The position numbers and the translations under genes were made by a program. Below are positions 19,735 through 28,742 of a DNA stretch of 64,000 nt, piece by piece. The notes beneath the pieces were generated by a model. It worked only from the letters and a program-made list of their open reading frames with translations, did no database searches and was not told where the DNA came from. The stretch is taken from contig CAIPPE010000303.1 of NCBI GenBank assembly GCA_903866825.1, forward strand, positions 1,663-65,662, written 5' to 3'. How positions within the stretch are numbered: the first letter of the stretch is position 1; each line of letters begins with the position of its first letter. The stretch comes from an uncultured Methylococcaceae bacterium (GTDB taxonomy: Bacteria > Pseudomonadota > Gammaproteobacteria > Methylococcales > Methylomonadaceae).

Positions 19735-20767
19735 CACGATAGGTTGGGATATAGGTGGCGCTCATGTGAAGGCGGCTGTGCTTAATTTAGATGCTGAAGT
19801 GGTTGCTGTTTATCAAGAGCCATGCCCCCTATGGAAAGGCCTGGATCAGTTGCAAGTAGCTGTACATAACATCCAGCAAAAGATTGGGATTTTGGATTAT
19901 TGTCATGTAATTACTATGACCGGGGAGTTGGTTGATTTTTTTGAAGATCGAAATGACGGTGTAAAGAAAATTATAGCAACTATGTTGGCCTTATTATCTC
20001 CAGGGCGCTGTTTATTCTATGCAGGAGAAGCAGGTTTTTTAGAGGATAGTCAAATTGATGCAGCGCATTATCAAATGATTGCGTCTGCTAATTGGTTGGC
20101 AAGTGCTTCTGTTGCAGCTCAAAAAAAGTGTGATGGTCTTTTTATTGATATAGGTAGTACGACCACCGATATTCTTTTGTTCAGGGAAGGTCAAGTTCAG
20201 GCCGAAGGTTATACGGATTATCAGCGCTTAATATCGCAAGAGCTAATTTATACCGGTATTATTAGAACTGCGGTCATGGCCGTTGCTCAGTCAGCTGTCG
20301 ATCAAAATCAAGTTATTGGCATAATGGCAGAGTATTTTGCAACGATGGCTGATGTTTATCGGGTCACTGAAGAGCTGGATGAGAGGCATGATCAAACGGA
20401 GTCGGCTGATGGTGCTGAGAAAACTAAAAAAGCCAGCGCCAAGCGCTTATCTCGCATGATAGGGAGTGATTTTTATCCTGAAGAATTACCTCGCTGGAGA
20501 CTGTTTGCCGAAAATATTCGTGCGCAACAATTACAAAAAATACAACAGGCTTGTGAGTATCGACTTCAGGGTATAGACTTTTCTAAGTCCTATCCTCTAA
20601 TAGGGGCTGGGGTTGGGCGATTTTTAGTTAGGCAAATTGCTCAAACTTTAGGGGTTGCTTATATTGATTTTACTGAGTTATTCCAACAGGTTGCCAGCCC
20701 AATAGGCTTAACTATTGCTGATTGCGCTCCTGCTGTTGCAGTCGCTTGGATGTATCGAGATAAATAA
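19721..20767 (+). CDS. Hydantoinase/oxoprolinase-like (ASKHA-fold) H4MPT-linked C1-transfer pathway protein
   Basis: IGWDIGGAHVKAA and FIDIGSTTTDI phosphate-binding motifs of the ASKHA fold. Cluster context. Confidence 0.65.
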   Translation: MKQINTIGWDIGGAHVKAAVLNLDAEVVAVYQEPCPLWKGLDQLQVAVHNIQQKIGILDYCHVITMTGELVDFFEDRNDGVKKIIATMLALLSPGRCLFYAGEAGFLEDSQIDAAHYQMIASANWLASASVAAQKKCDGLFIDIGSTTTDILLFREGQVQAEGYTDYQRLISQELIYTGIIRTAVMAVAQSAVDQNQVIGIMAEYFATMADVYRVTEELDERHDQTESADGAEKTKKASAKRLSRMIGSDFYPEELPRWRLFAENIRAQQLQKIQQACEYRLQGIDFSKSYPLIGAGVGRFLVRQIAQTLGVAYIDFTELFQQVASPIGLTIADCAPAVAVAWMYRDK

Positions 20768-20795
20768 TGACTAACTGTTTTAAGCTGTATTTTTG

Positions 20796-21974
20796 ATGAC
20801 TACTCCAGACAACTCAATTGAGTCAAATAATCCGGTTACGCCTGTACCTGAGAAGGTTGCGGCTAAACCTAGAAAGAGGGCTGCGCCTAAAGTTGTTTCT
20901 GATCCTGGTCAAAATCCTAAACCCAAGCCAAGTCCAAAGCCAAGAGCGAAATCAACGAGGAAGCCATCAAAGAAAAAGGCGTCTAAATTACCCGTTGTTA
21001 GTATTAAACATCGGCTTATGTGGAATAGTTTAGAAGTTCTTGGTTTTTCGATTGCTGCAGTTTCAGCGATTATGGTGCTGTTAGGTTATTCGGCGAAAGT
21101 ATTTTCAGGTACGAGCTTTTTAACTAGTTTGTTGCCTTTTGCAGTTGGAATATTAGCATTAATTATTGCGACAGCAGGCTTTTTAATAGGTTGGTGGACG
21201 TTAAGAAAATGGTTAAAGTCCAAGTATTTGTTTTTACCGGCAATATTGTCAGTTAGTCTGTCTTTGGTAATAGGATGGTTTTCAATACAAGATCAGTTTG
21301 CATTGGCACGAGGACATTTTCGGACATTACTGGGAGGTAAGCAAGAAGCCGGACGGGCGACTCTTGCTCATCAGGTCTATGCTGCTTATCGTCGTTATGA
21401 TCAGGAGCAATTGCAAAAAATACTGAAGCGTGCCGAAATTTACAACTCAGCTATTATTGAAGCGGCTGAGCAGTTTGAAATTGACCCTAATCTATTGCAA
21501 GGGGTTGCTGCAACGGAGTCCTCTTTTTTGCCTCGTGATAGTGCTGATGGGGGTAAAGGGTTATTTCAAATTACTCAAGTACCCAAAGAAGTGATTGAAC
21601 GTGCGGGCAAGAAACTTGAAGAACATCAGCTTTCGCTACAAAATCCGCGGCACAACGCATTTTTGGCGGCCGCAACGTTAAAGTATTATCTGGAACAAAT
21701 GAACGGTGATTTGTTTTTAGGTTTATTGGCTTACAATATAGGCCCTGCTAATGGCGGGCTTCGCTTTATCATGCAGCAATATGGGGCGAGTGATTTTTTT
21801 ACAATACAGCCTTATTTACAACAGTTGCCCCGTGATTATCCCATTCGTGTTTTATCTTATTCACTGGCGTTTAGGCTCTGGCAAAAGGATGGGGTATTAC
21901 TTGCTTATGAGGAAGGAAAAAATGCCCAACATATCCAGCGTATTGGGATACCCGGCTTACTAATGGATTTTTGA
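20796..21974 (+). CDS. Membrane-anchored lytic transglycosylase (SLT domain) with a Lys/Pro-rich N-terminal tail
   Basis: SLT catalytic block …VAATESSFLPRDSADGGKGLFQI…AYNIGP. N-terminal PKPKPSPKPRAKSTRKPSKKK followed by about four TM helices. Confidence 0.8.
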   Translation: MTTPDNSIESNNPVTPVPEKVAAKPRKRAAPKVVSDPGQNPKPKPSPKPRAKSTRKPSKKKASKLPVVSIKHRLMWNSLEVLGFSIAAVSAIMVLLGYSAKVFSGTSFLTSLLPFAVGILALIIATAGFLIGWWTLRKWLKSKYLFLPAILSVSLSLVIGWFSIQDQFALARGHFRTLLGGKQEAGRATLAHQVYAAYRRYDQEQLQKILKRAEIYNSAIIEAAEQFEIDPNLLQGVAATESSFLPRDSADGGKGLFQITQVPKEVIERAGKKLEEHQLSLQNPRHNAFLAAATLKYYLEQMNGDLFLGLLAYNIGPANGGLRFIMQQYGASDFFTIQPYLQQLPRDYPIRVLSYSLAFRLWQKDGVLLAYEEGKNAQHIQRIGIPGLLMDF

Positions 21975-23080
21975 TGAACAAATATTGCTTGAGTGTTGTG
22001 TTTAGTTTATTGATGAGTTTTGTAAATGTTGGCTTTGCCGATCAGTTTACAATTCCGATTCAATTGGATTATAGTCTTATTAAAAGAACATTGATGAGCC
22101 AGCTTTATAAAGGGGAAGGCAATACAGCTGAGCTTTGGCATGATAAGCAAGGTTGTAGTTATTTAACCTTGTCGAACCCTGAAGTCAGTGGTCAGAATGG
22201 ACAGATTAAGCTGTTGAATCAGGTGCGGGCCCGTTTCGGAACCGGCTTGGGCGGTGGGCAGTGCATTACCCTTATTGAGTGGGCGGGTATCCTGGAGACT
22301 TTGCAAATACCCACCATAAATGGCTCACAATCCATGCTGAGTTTACCTGTTACTCAAGTGAAGGCTACCGATTTAGATGGACGAACGGTGAGTAATAATA
22401 AAATCCAGGACTTGATCAAGCGTTTTGTTGAACCCAGGTTGTCTACTGCTAATGTTGATTTAAATGAATCAAGAGCAGATATTGAAAAAACAGTGACTGG
22501 GTTTTTACCTAAAGAAAATGCTTCTGAGGTTAAGCAGATGCTTAATACCTTAAAATTTACCAGCGCCAATGCCAATGATTCAGGTGTTGCCATTAAATTA
22601 GCTTTTAATACACCCACTCAAGTGGCGGTTAAAAAATCAGTTGCTCCTTTAAGTGAAGAGGAGCAAAAGCAATGGCAAGCCAGTTGGCAAGAATGGGATG
22701 CCTTTTTGACTAAAGCAATTCAACAGGCCTCAGAAGATGCTCAGTCACCAGAGCTAGGTGACACTTTGACGGAGATCTTGCTGGAATCCCGCAGTGCTTT
22801 TCAGGAGGGTTTGAAGGAGCAGGGTAATAATAAAGAGGATCCGGTTCGGGTATTTTTTACTCATACCTGGGAAAGTTTGGCGCCGCAATTAAAAAAATTG
22901 GCTAGCGCATTGCCAGAAATACAAGGCTTACGTTATATGACTTTTATTGCCGCTACTGATGTGATTTATGAGCTTGAGAAAATCGGAGCACCTCTGGGGC
23001 TAGAAATTTCTTCAGAGGGGCTACGAAAATTGGTACGCATTCTGATTGCTGGACAACAAGAGCATACAAAAAACAAATAA
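21974..23080 (+). CDS. Secreted protein of unknown function
   Basis: ATG overlaps the upstream stop (TGATG). Signal peptide …LLMSFVNVGFA/DQ. Confidence 0.6.
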   Translation: MNKYCLSVVFSLLMSFVNVGFADQFTIPIQLDYSLIKRTLMSQLYKGEGNTAELWHDKQGCSYLTLSNPEVSGQNGQIKLLNQVRARFGTGLGGGQCITLIEWAGILETLQIPTINGSQSMLSLPVTQVKATDLDGRTVSNNKIQDLIKRFVEPRLSTANVDLNESRADIEKTVTGFLPKENASEVKQMLNTLKFTSANANDSGVAIKLAFNTPTQVAVKKSVAPLSEEEQKQWQASWQEWDAFLTKAIQQASEDAQSPELGDTLTEILLESRSAFQEGLKEQGNNKEDPVRVFFTHTWESLAPQLKKLASALPEIQGLRYMTFIAATDVIYELEKIGAPLGLEISSEGLRKLVRILIAGQQEHTKNK

Positions 23081-23090
23081 GTTAATTCTG

Positions 23091-23942
23091 CTATTGGTTT
23101 AGCACATTGTTGCAGAGTTTGGGTAGTTCCAGCGGTTTAGGAGGCGCTTGTGGTTTGCTGGGATGCTTTGCTTCTTCTGAAAACCACCAGGCTAGTCCCG
23201 AATCGCAACCGTTACCAGTTGGTAATGGTTCTTGTCCCTGGCAGAATTTATTGTCGTTTGGGCATTTCAAACGAACGTGAAAATGATCCTCATGTTGCCA
23301 CCAAGGACGAATTTTTCTTAACCAGTCTTTGTCTGCAAGATGCGTGCAGAGTTCTCGTTTGATACTGGGATTAACAAAGATGCGATCAACTTCAGGTTGT
23401 TGTGCCGCTAACTCCAGGATTTTCTCGTTTTCTTTTGACCACTTTGTTAAATCAATGTTATCGGACTGGGCTTTTAGCATTGAGGGTGCGCCAAGCGTTT
23501 CGCGTTCATTGGATGACAGGTGGGTGCTCGACGTGTTTTTTGATAGTAAAAACCAAATATCAACATCAAGTCCAGTTTGATGGCTACGATGTCCGCTTAA
23601 AGTTGGGCCACCTCGTGGTTGCCCTAAATCACCAATCAGTAATGATCCTAGATGCTGATGGTCTGCGCTTTGGCCTAGTTTTTCAATAAATTGCTTTAAA
23701 TTGGGGTGGCCGTAATAGCGTTTTCTGGATAATCGCATGACTTGATAGCCGACGCCATCTATGGGTATAGATACGGCGCCACTGATGCAGCCTGCATTAT
23801 AATTACCTATGCTTTGCGCTATAATCTCAGAAGTTGGTTGCGTGACCATGGCCCACTGCTGAGCTATTGTTGTTGCCATACATTCCGAGGATAAAGCCAA
23901 TAATAAGCCACCGATAAAAAAGGCTGTTTTCATTTTTAACAT
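23091..23942 (-). CDS. mepA: Penicillin-insensitive murein DD-endopeptidase
   Basis: MepA metal-site blocks HRSHQTGLDVDIW and HEDHFHVRLKCP, with a signal peptide. Start assigned to an internal Met (MLKMKTAFF…); the ORF track begins at 23972. Confidence 0.85.
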   Translation of the reverse strand: MLKMKTAFFIGGLLLALSSECMATTIAQQWAMVTQPTSEIIAQSIGNYNAGCISGAVSIPIDGVGYQVMRLSRKRYYGHPNLKQFIEKLGQSADHQHLGSLLIGDLGQPRGGPTLSGHRSHQTGLDVDIWFLLSKNTSSTHLSSNERETLGAPSMLKAQSDNIDLTKWSKENEKILELAAQQPEVDRIFVNPSIKRELCTHLADKDWLRKIRPWWQHEDHFHVRLKCPNDNKFCQGQEPLPTGNGCDSGLAWWFSEEAKHPSKPQAPPKPLELPKLCNNVLNQ

Positions 23943-24365
23943 AGGGTTTCCAGAGTAGTTTGCGGAGCACAATATTCTAAAGTGATTACTTTTCTTCCGG
24001 GCATAAAAAAGCCCACATTACATGGGCTCCGTCCTGTTTTTTATTATTATGGTGGACGACTGCGTGTTGATTTGCAGCTTAAATTGAGTAGCGATTATTA
24101 ATGTTGTTTTTCCAGATTAACTGGCCGCTTTCCTCCTCACCTTCAAAAAGACCAAGAAACTCTGCAATCCAAGCCCTTTTCTTAAGGTGAGCGCATTGTA
24201 AACTGAAATAGATAGGTTGTCTATAAAAAGTGCGGCAATTTGTCACACCCGGTGGAATATTTTTTCTGGATTAATGATAGGGAGCTAAGCCTGGCACTTT
24301 TATTATTTTTTATAAAATAGTATAAACGGTATATACTGTTTTTTTATTAAATAATAGGGGAAGTA

Positions 24366-24821
24366 ATGATGAGTAAGGTAAAGTCTAAGTCAACAGAATC
24401 GGTCGTCGAGACTTTAAAGGAACAGCCGGTGATTGAAGCAGCAGAGGTTCAAGTCACCAAGAAAAAAACAAGGGCAAAACCTAAAGAAGTCGATGTTATT
24501 GAAGTTGTTATAGAGGAGAAAGAAGTGGTGGAATTAGTTGAATCAATTAAGCCGCCAGTTGAGTCAGAAATAAAAACAACTTCAAAGAAGAAAAAGGCAA
24601 ATAAAACAAAGGTAATTAGAGATAGTTTTTCATTCCCGGAACAAGATTATCTGAAAATATCAGAGATTAAGAAAACTTGTTTGGCATCTGGTGTTCATGT
24701 AAAGAAAAGCGAAGTCCTACGGGCAGGATTAATGCTCTTATCAAAATTAAATATAACTGAACTTAAAGAAGTGATTGAACAGGTAGAAAAGCTTCAAACG
24801 GGTCGTCCGAGTGCTTTATAG
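24366..24821 (+). CDS. Lys/Glu-rich protein with a possible C-terminal ribbon-helix-helix-like domain
   Basis: The C-terminal ~60 aa (VIRDSFSFPEQDYLKISEIKKTCLASGVHVKKSEVLRAGLMLL) have a strand-helix-helix pattern. The N-terminal half is a low-complexity K/E/V tail. Confidence 0.45.
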   Translation: MMSKVKSKSTESVVETLKEQPVIEAAEVQVTKKKTRAKPKEVDVIEVVIEEKEVVELVESIKPPVESEIKTTSKKKKANKTKVIRDSFSFPEQDYLKISEIKKTCLASGVHVKKSEVLRAGLMLLSKLNITELKEVIEQVEKLQTGRPSAL

Positions 24822-24946
24822 AATTTCAAATGTATCTTTGTCAAACTTACCTTTAGCCCCAAAGCAGTGTGGGTCTCTTAAATTATACGGTCTTAATATT
24901 TTATAAGGTGTATAAGTATGGTTTCTACACTTGCTATTTTAAAGGA

Positions 24947-25492
24947 ATGATCATGATTAAAAGTAAGAAAGTTATATCGGTTTTAGCTTTTTGCGTATTC
25001 ACAATATTTTGTGCAGGTATTCAAACTAAAACTGCTTCTGCAAATATTTGGCCTTCAGCGGGTTCTTTGGAACTGATTAAGTCATCATGTACTTCTGGGG
25101 CAGATCAGTACGGTGAACTCGTTCAATTGAAAAAAGAAATTGCGACTGCCGAAACTATTGATCAAGCGCGGACAATAGCGCTTGCACCGACTGACGATGC
25201 TATCGATTCACTAGAAAATGCACGTATGTTTATGCCCATGAGTGAAGAACTGCTTAATGCTGAAACTCGGCTTAATGATGCCCGTTCCCGAATCCTTGTA
25301 GCATCCTCACAGGCGCAAGTTGCTGATGAATTCTCAGGTATGATGCTTGCAGGGCTTGATAATGATCGTGCAGCCCATGTCCGTGTTGGTAAAGTGGGTT
25401 GTGATTACTCCACAGGTGAAGTGATTGCCATCGTGCTTGGGTTGATTTTGGGTATTATTCCCGGATTGATTTTACTGGTCGTGCTTTGCTAA
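24947..25492 (+). CDS. Secreted, C-terminally membrane-anchored protein of unknown function
   Basis: ATG at 24947 preceded by AAAGGA. Signal peptide …TKTASA/NI and a C-terminal TM helix IAIVLGLILGIIPGLILLVVLC. Confidence 0.55.
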   Translation: MIMIKSKKVISVLAFCVFTIFCAGIQTKTASANIWPSAGSLELIKSSCTSGADQYGELVQLKKEIATAETIDQARTIALAPTDDAIDSLENARMFMPMSEELLNAETRLNDARSRILVASSQAQVADEFSGMMLAGLDNDRAAHVRVGKVGCDYSTGEVIAIVLGLILGIIPGLILLVVLC

Positions 25493-25926
25493 TTAATTAA
25501 TTAAATTCATCTTTAACTACGCTATAGTAAATCTAAGATTCCTGAGTTCTTGCTGTGGATAATTTTCAAGAGGGTCTACCCTATGCATTATTGTATCCAG
25601 TTTTTAAATCAGGAATTGCATGAGCGCAAAAAAGAAGCCAAAAAGAAATTAATGTGGGTATTAATTGTTGATGTTCGTGCAGTCAGGAAACAAAATATGT
25701 CTTTATGGCATCATGATTAATTAAATGGCAGAACTTGATTTTACATAAGCAATAAGTGTTTCAGTACAAGAACAGGAGGCCCGGTTTTACTGGAACAGGC
25801 ATTAGGAATATACAAGTAGAGGATTCAAAAACCTATGGATGATGAAGTGAGCGATTCAAGATAACGGGTAAAGTTTTTAGGCATTCACCCTCTGGCCTTA
25901 AAATACAATATGGCAGAAATAGACGC

Positions 25927-26136
25927 TTATCTTGATAAGCGTTTTTGAATCTCAGCGGCAACCAAGGCATTTTCAGTGCTTAAATGAGTCAGAAAATGTC
26001 TTCTTAATGTGGAATCTTCAGGTATAACGATACTTGAAAAATCAGTTCTGCTTTTCTTAAAGGGGTTTAAAACGCTATCAGACAAAAATAGATAAGCTAC
26101 AAAAGCCAGCGTTAGAAACAGTATTACTTCAACCAT
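25927..26136 (-). CDS. Small single-pass membrane protein (hypothetical)
   Basis: 69-aa ORF with an N-terminal hydrophobic helix. No other support. Confidence 0.3.
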   Translation of the reverse strand: MVEVILFLTLAFVAYLFLSDSVLNPFKKSRTDFSSIVIPEDSTLRRHFLTHLSTENALVAAEIQKRLSR

Positions 26137-26442
26137 ATAAACTCTCCAAAGAACAACTAAAAAATAACAAAAGTAACATGTGTTCGATACAAATAAGAGT
26201 GTATCGAAATGTACTATAGCATTTTATATACCAAATCATTCGTCATTATCCTGTGTGTAAGTTTTTTAATACAAAATTAGTTGGGATTGTAATTTTTCGA
26301 ACAAATCCATAAAGATACTGTTGTATTTGTTATAAAGCAGACACCGTCATTTATATTAAACGACCTCCAGTTGTTAAATTCATTGAGTTCTTTAAGGTTT
26401 TATTCGGCTTGCTTTATCAGGCATAGATTGTGTTAATCAATC

Positions 26443-26644
26443 ATGAAACAGCCAAATAACACATATAATGCTATGCCCTTGTTGGTAGACCTTAATGCCA
26501 AAATAGCGGGCTATAAGCCAGATTGGAGTGTAAAATTTGTTGGCATGTCTATGACCTGCCTTTGGACAGCTACCTAATCATTGGAACTGTCCCACTTGTG
26601 GTGCTCAAAAGCAGGATTTTTTATTGTTGGAGGACTCGTTATGA
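26443..26644 (+). pseudogene. Hydrogenase-type rubredoxin (HupI/HoxR-like) pseudogene with two frame disruptions and an internal deletion
   Basis: Three frames each carry a colinear piece. MKQPNN…AGYKPDW starts at 26443. ECKICWHVYD spans 26526-26555. PAFGQLPNHWNCPTCGAQKQDFLLLEDSL* spans 26555-26644. The last stop overlaps the next gene's start (ATGA). Confidence 0.6.
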
Positions 26645-27114
26645 CGTGGCAAGATAGCAATCAATTGACTCATACACTGGAAACAGTTTTTAACCAGATA
26701 TTGGATCAACGCATGTGTGGGTTGCCGTTACTGAATCATGCACTGTCGGTGCAGGTGGCAGGTTTTAACCCAGTCAATGATGAGTGGGTGGGGATATTGA
26801 TCACACCCTGGTTTATGAATTTGTTGCTGATGCCTAGGCTCAATTGTGCTTGGGCCGGGTTGCATATGGGGGCAAAATTCGAGAAGTCTTTTCCTTATGG
26901 GGTGTTTGAGTTTACGCTAGCTGTTGAAGAGCGATTGGGTGCTTATGCACAGTGCTCATTGTTTTCCCCCATGTTTCAGTTCGCCACTCAGGCGGATGCA
27001 CTGGCGACGGCACAGTCTGCATTGGACGCTTTACTGGTCGGTGATAGGCCACCTGACTTGAACTTGAGCCGGAGAAATTTTCTGCGCGGCGAGCTGGGTA
27101 CTGGACGCGTTTGA
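26641..27114 (+). CDS. [NiFe]-hydrogenase assembly chaperone, HybE/HupJ-like
   Basis: Sequence pattern (…WVGILITPWFMNLLLMP…FPYGVFEF…) and position between the rubredoxin remnant and the hupK-like gene. The ORF-track start at 26581 is out-of-frame rubredoxin remnant. Confidence 0.7.
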   Translation: MTWQDSNQLTHTLETVFNQILDQRMCGLPLLNHALSVQVAGFNPVNDEWVGILITPWFMNLLLMPRLNCAWAGLHMGAKFEKSFPYGVFEFTLAVEERLGAYAQCSLFSPMFQFATQADALATAQSALDALLVGDRPPDLNLSRRNFLRGELGTGRV

Positions 27115-27558
27115 GTGACGGCAGCGGGCAAGATCAGCATTGCTTTATATCATCAAAATGGCCTGTTGGTCAGAATACTGGCTAGATTGTTGGAAGTGAG
27201 TCAGGTTTTGCCTCATTTAAGGCGGCTGTTAAATACTATCAACGACGATTTCTGTGTTAGGATTAATGAAGAGTTTGGGCGGGATATTGGCTTAGGCAAG
27301 GTTCAAGCCGCACGCGGCTTACTCATTCATCGAGTAGAATTATGGCAAGGACGAATCAAGGATTATTGTATCGTAGCACCTACCGAATGTAATTTTCATC
27401 CCCAAGGTGTTGTCGCACAGAGTTTAAAATCTCTGCAAGCCAATGACTCAGAGTTATTGCGGCAACAGGCAGAGTGCTTGATTAATTCAATTGATCCTTG
27501 CGTACACTATGATTTAACGTTAATCGACAGCGATAAGGCACAGTCAACTCATGCATGA
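27115..27558 (+). CDS. HupK/HoxV-like (hydrogenase large-subunit-like scaffold) protein, much shorter than I recall for the family
   Basis: Large-subunit-like C-terminal blocks GKVQAARGLLIHRV, IVAPTECNFHP and IDPCVHY. Only 147 aa, with a GTG start directly after the hybE-like stop. Confidence 0.55.
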   Translation: MTAAGKISIALYHQNGLLVRILARLLEVSQVLPHLRRLLNTINDDFCVRINEEFGRDIGLGKVQAARGLLIHRVELWQGRIKDYCIVAPTECNFHPQGVVAQSLKSLQANDSELLRQQAECLINSIDPCVHYDLTLIDSDKAQSTHA

Positions 27559-27892
27559 AATGTCACTCTGTGAAGGTATTTTACAAACCCTGGAACAACA
27601 AGCCAAGGTTCAGGACTATCAAAAGGTAAGAACAGTCTGGTTGGAAATTGGCGCTTTAGCGGGTGTTGAAATTGACGCTTTACGCTTCAGTTTTGACGTC
27701 GTGATGGAAGGCTCTTTGGCCGAGGGTGCCAAGCTTGAAATTATACCCGTGCCAGGACAAGCGTGGTGTTTGCCCTGTGGCATTAATGTGCCGGTGGAAC
27801 AATTATATGATCCTTGTCCCCACTGTGGCAGTCATCAATTACAGGTAAACGGCGGCGATCAAATGCGAATTAAAGAATTGGAGGTGGAATAA
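27551..27892 (+). CDS. hypA: Hydrogenase nickel-incorporation protein HypA
   Basis: MHEMSLCEGIL N-terminus and the zinc site CLPCG…CPHCG. Confidence 0.9.
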   Translation: MHEMSLCEGILQTLEQQAKVQDYQKVRTVWLEIGALAGVEIDALRFSFDVVMEGSLAEGAKLEIIPVPGQAWCLPCGINVPVEQLYDPCPHCGSHQLQVNGGDQMRIKELEVE

Positions 27893-28689
27893 TGTGTGGA
27901 ATCTGCGGTTGCGGCGAAGGCCACGTTCATTTAGATGAACACGAACATTCTCATGAACATGATCACAATCATACCCACAGTTATGCGGCTGTACACTCTC
28001 ATGCACCGGGTTTAAGCCAGGTGAGAATGGTGCAGATTGAGCAGGATATATTGGCAAAAAATAACCAGTATGCTCATGAAAACAGACGTTACTTTAGCGA
28101 TCACGGCCTGTTGGTCTTAAATCTGGTATCAAGCCCAGGTTCAGGCAAGACGACGTTACTGACTGAGACCATATTACGTTTAAAAGATGAAATAGGCATT
28201 GCCGTGATTGAAGGTGATCAGCAGACGGCACGTGATGCAGAGCGTATTCTTTCTACCGGCGTGCAGGCCATACAAATCAATACCGGAAAAGGCTGTCATC
28301 TTGATGCGCATCGAGTAGGTCATGCCTTGGAAAAGCTGCAGTTGCAAGATCACAGTGTGTTATTTATTGAGAACGTGGGTAATCTGGTATGTCCTTCTGC
28401 TTTTGACTTAGGAGAAGCGCATAAAGTCGTGGTTTTGTCGGTTACTGAAGGTGAGGATAAACCCATTAAATATCCTGATATGTTTCATGCCGCTAATTTA
28501 ATGATTTTAAACAAAATCGATTTATTGCCGCATTTGGATTTTAATGTTGAAGAATGTATTCAGTATGCGAAACAGGTTAATCCGCGTATTAAGATACTGT
28601 CCTTGTCAGCTAAAACAGGGGAGGGTATGGATAATTGGCTAGCGTGGTTAAAGGCGGAGTTGCAACTGCAATTTATTGATTACGCTTGA
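27892..28689 (+). CDS. hypB: Hydrogenase nickel-incorporation GTPase HypB
   Basis: CGCGEG plus a His-rich stretch (HVHLDEHEHSHEHDHNHTH), P-loop GSGKTTLL, ENVGNLVCP and NKIDL motifs. Confidence 0.95.
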   Translation: MCGICGCGEGHVHLDEHEHSHEHDHNHTHSYAAVHSHAPGLSQVRMVQIEQDILAKNNQYAHENRRYFSDHGLLVLNLVSSPGSGKTTLLTETILRLKDEIGIAVIEGDQQTARDAERILSTGVQAIQINTGKGCHLDAHRVGHALEKLQLQDHSVLFIENVGNLVCPSAFDLGEAHKVVVLSVTEGEDKPIKYPDMFHAANLMILNKIDLLPHLDFNVEECIQYAKQVNPRIKILSLSAKTGEGMDNWLAWLKAELQLQFIDYA

Positions 28690-28712
28690 GTTTAAGACGT
28701 GTTTTGTGAGTA

Positions 28713-28742
28713 CTTAAGCCTGGCAGCGTGTCCAGGCTTAAT
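28713..28742 (+). terminator. Possible terminator hairpin after hypB
   Basis: 10-bp stem TTAAGCCTGG / CCAGGCTTAA with an 8-nt loop. The following T-tract is weak. Confidence 0.35.

Noticed and set aside
25554-25562. Perfect DnaA box (TGTGGATAA)
   Set aside because: It is a single isolated copy in an intergenic region, with no cluster, no adjacent AT-rich unwinding element and no dnaA or dnaN context. This is expected by chance in 64 kb.
25583-25720. 45-codon ORF (MHYCIQFLNQELHERKKEAKKKLMWVLIVDVRAVRKQNMSLWHHD*)
   Set aside because: No ribosome-binding site and no recognisable features. It lies in A+T-rich intergenic DNA where such ORFs arise by chance.
26581-26640. ORF-track N-terminal extension of the HybE-like gene (MELSHLWCSKAGFFIVGGLV)
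   Set aside because: This stretch is the rubredoxin C-terminus (WNCPTCGAQKQDF) read in the wrong frame. The HybE-like gene starts at ATG 26641.
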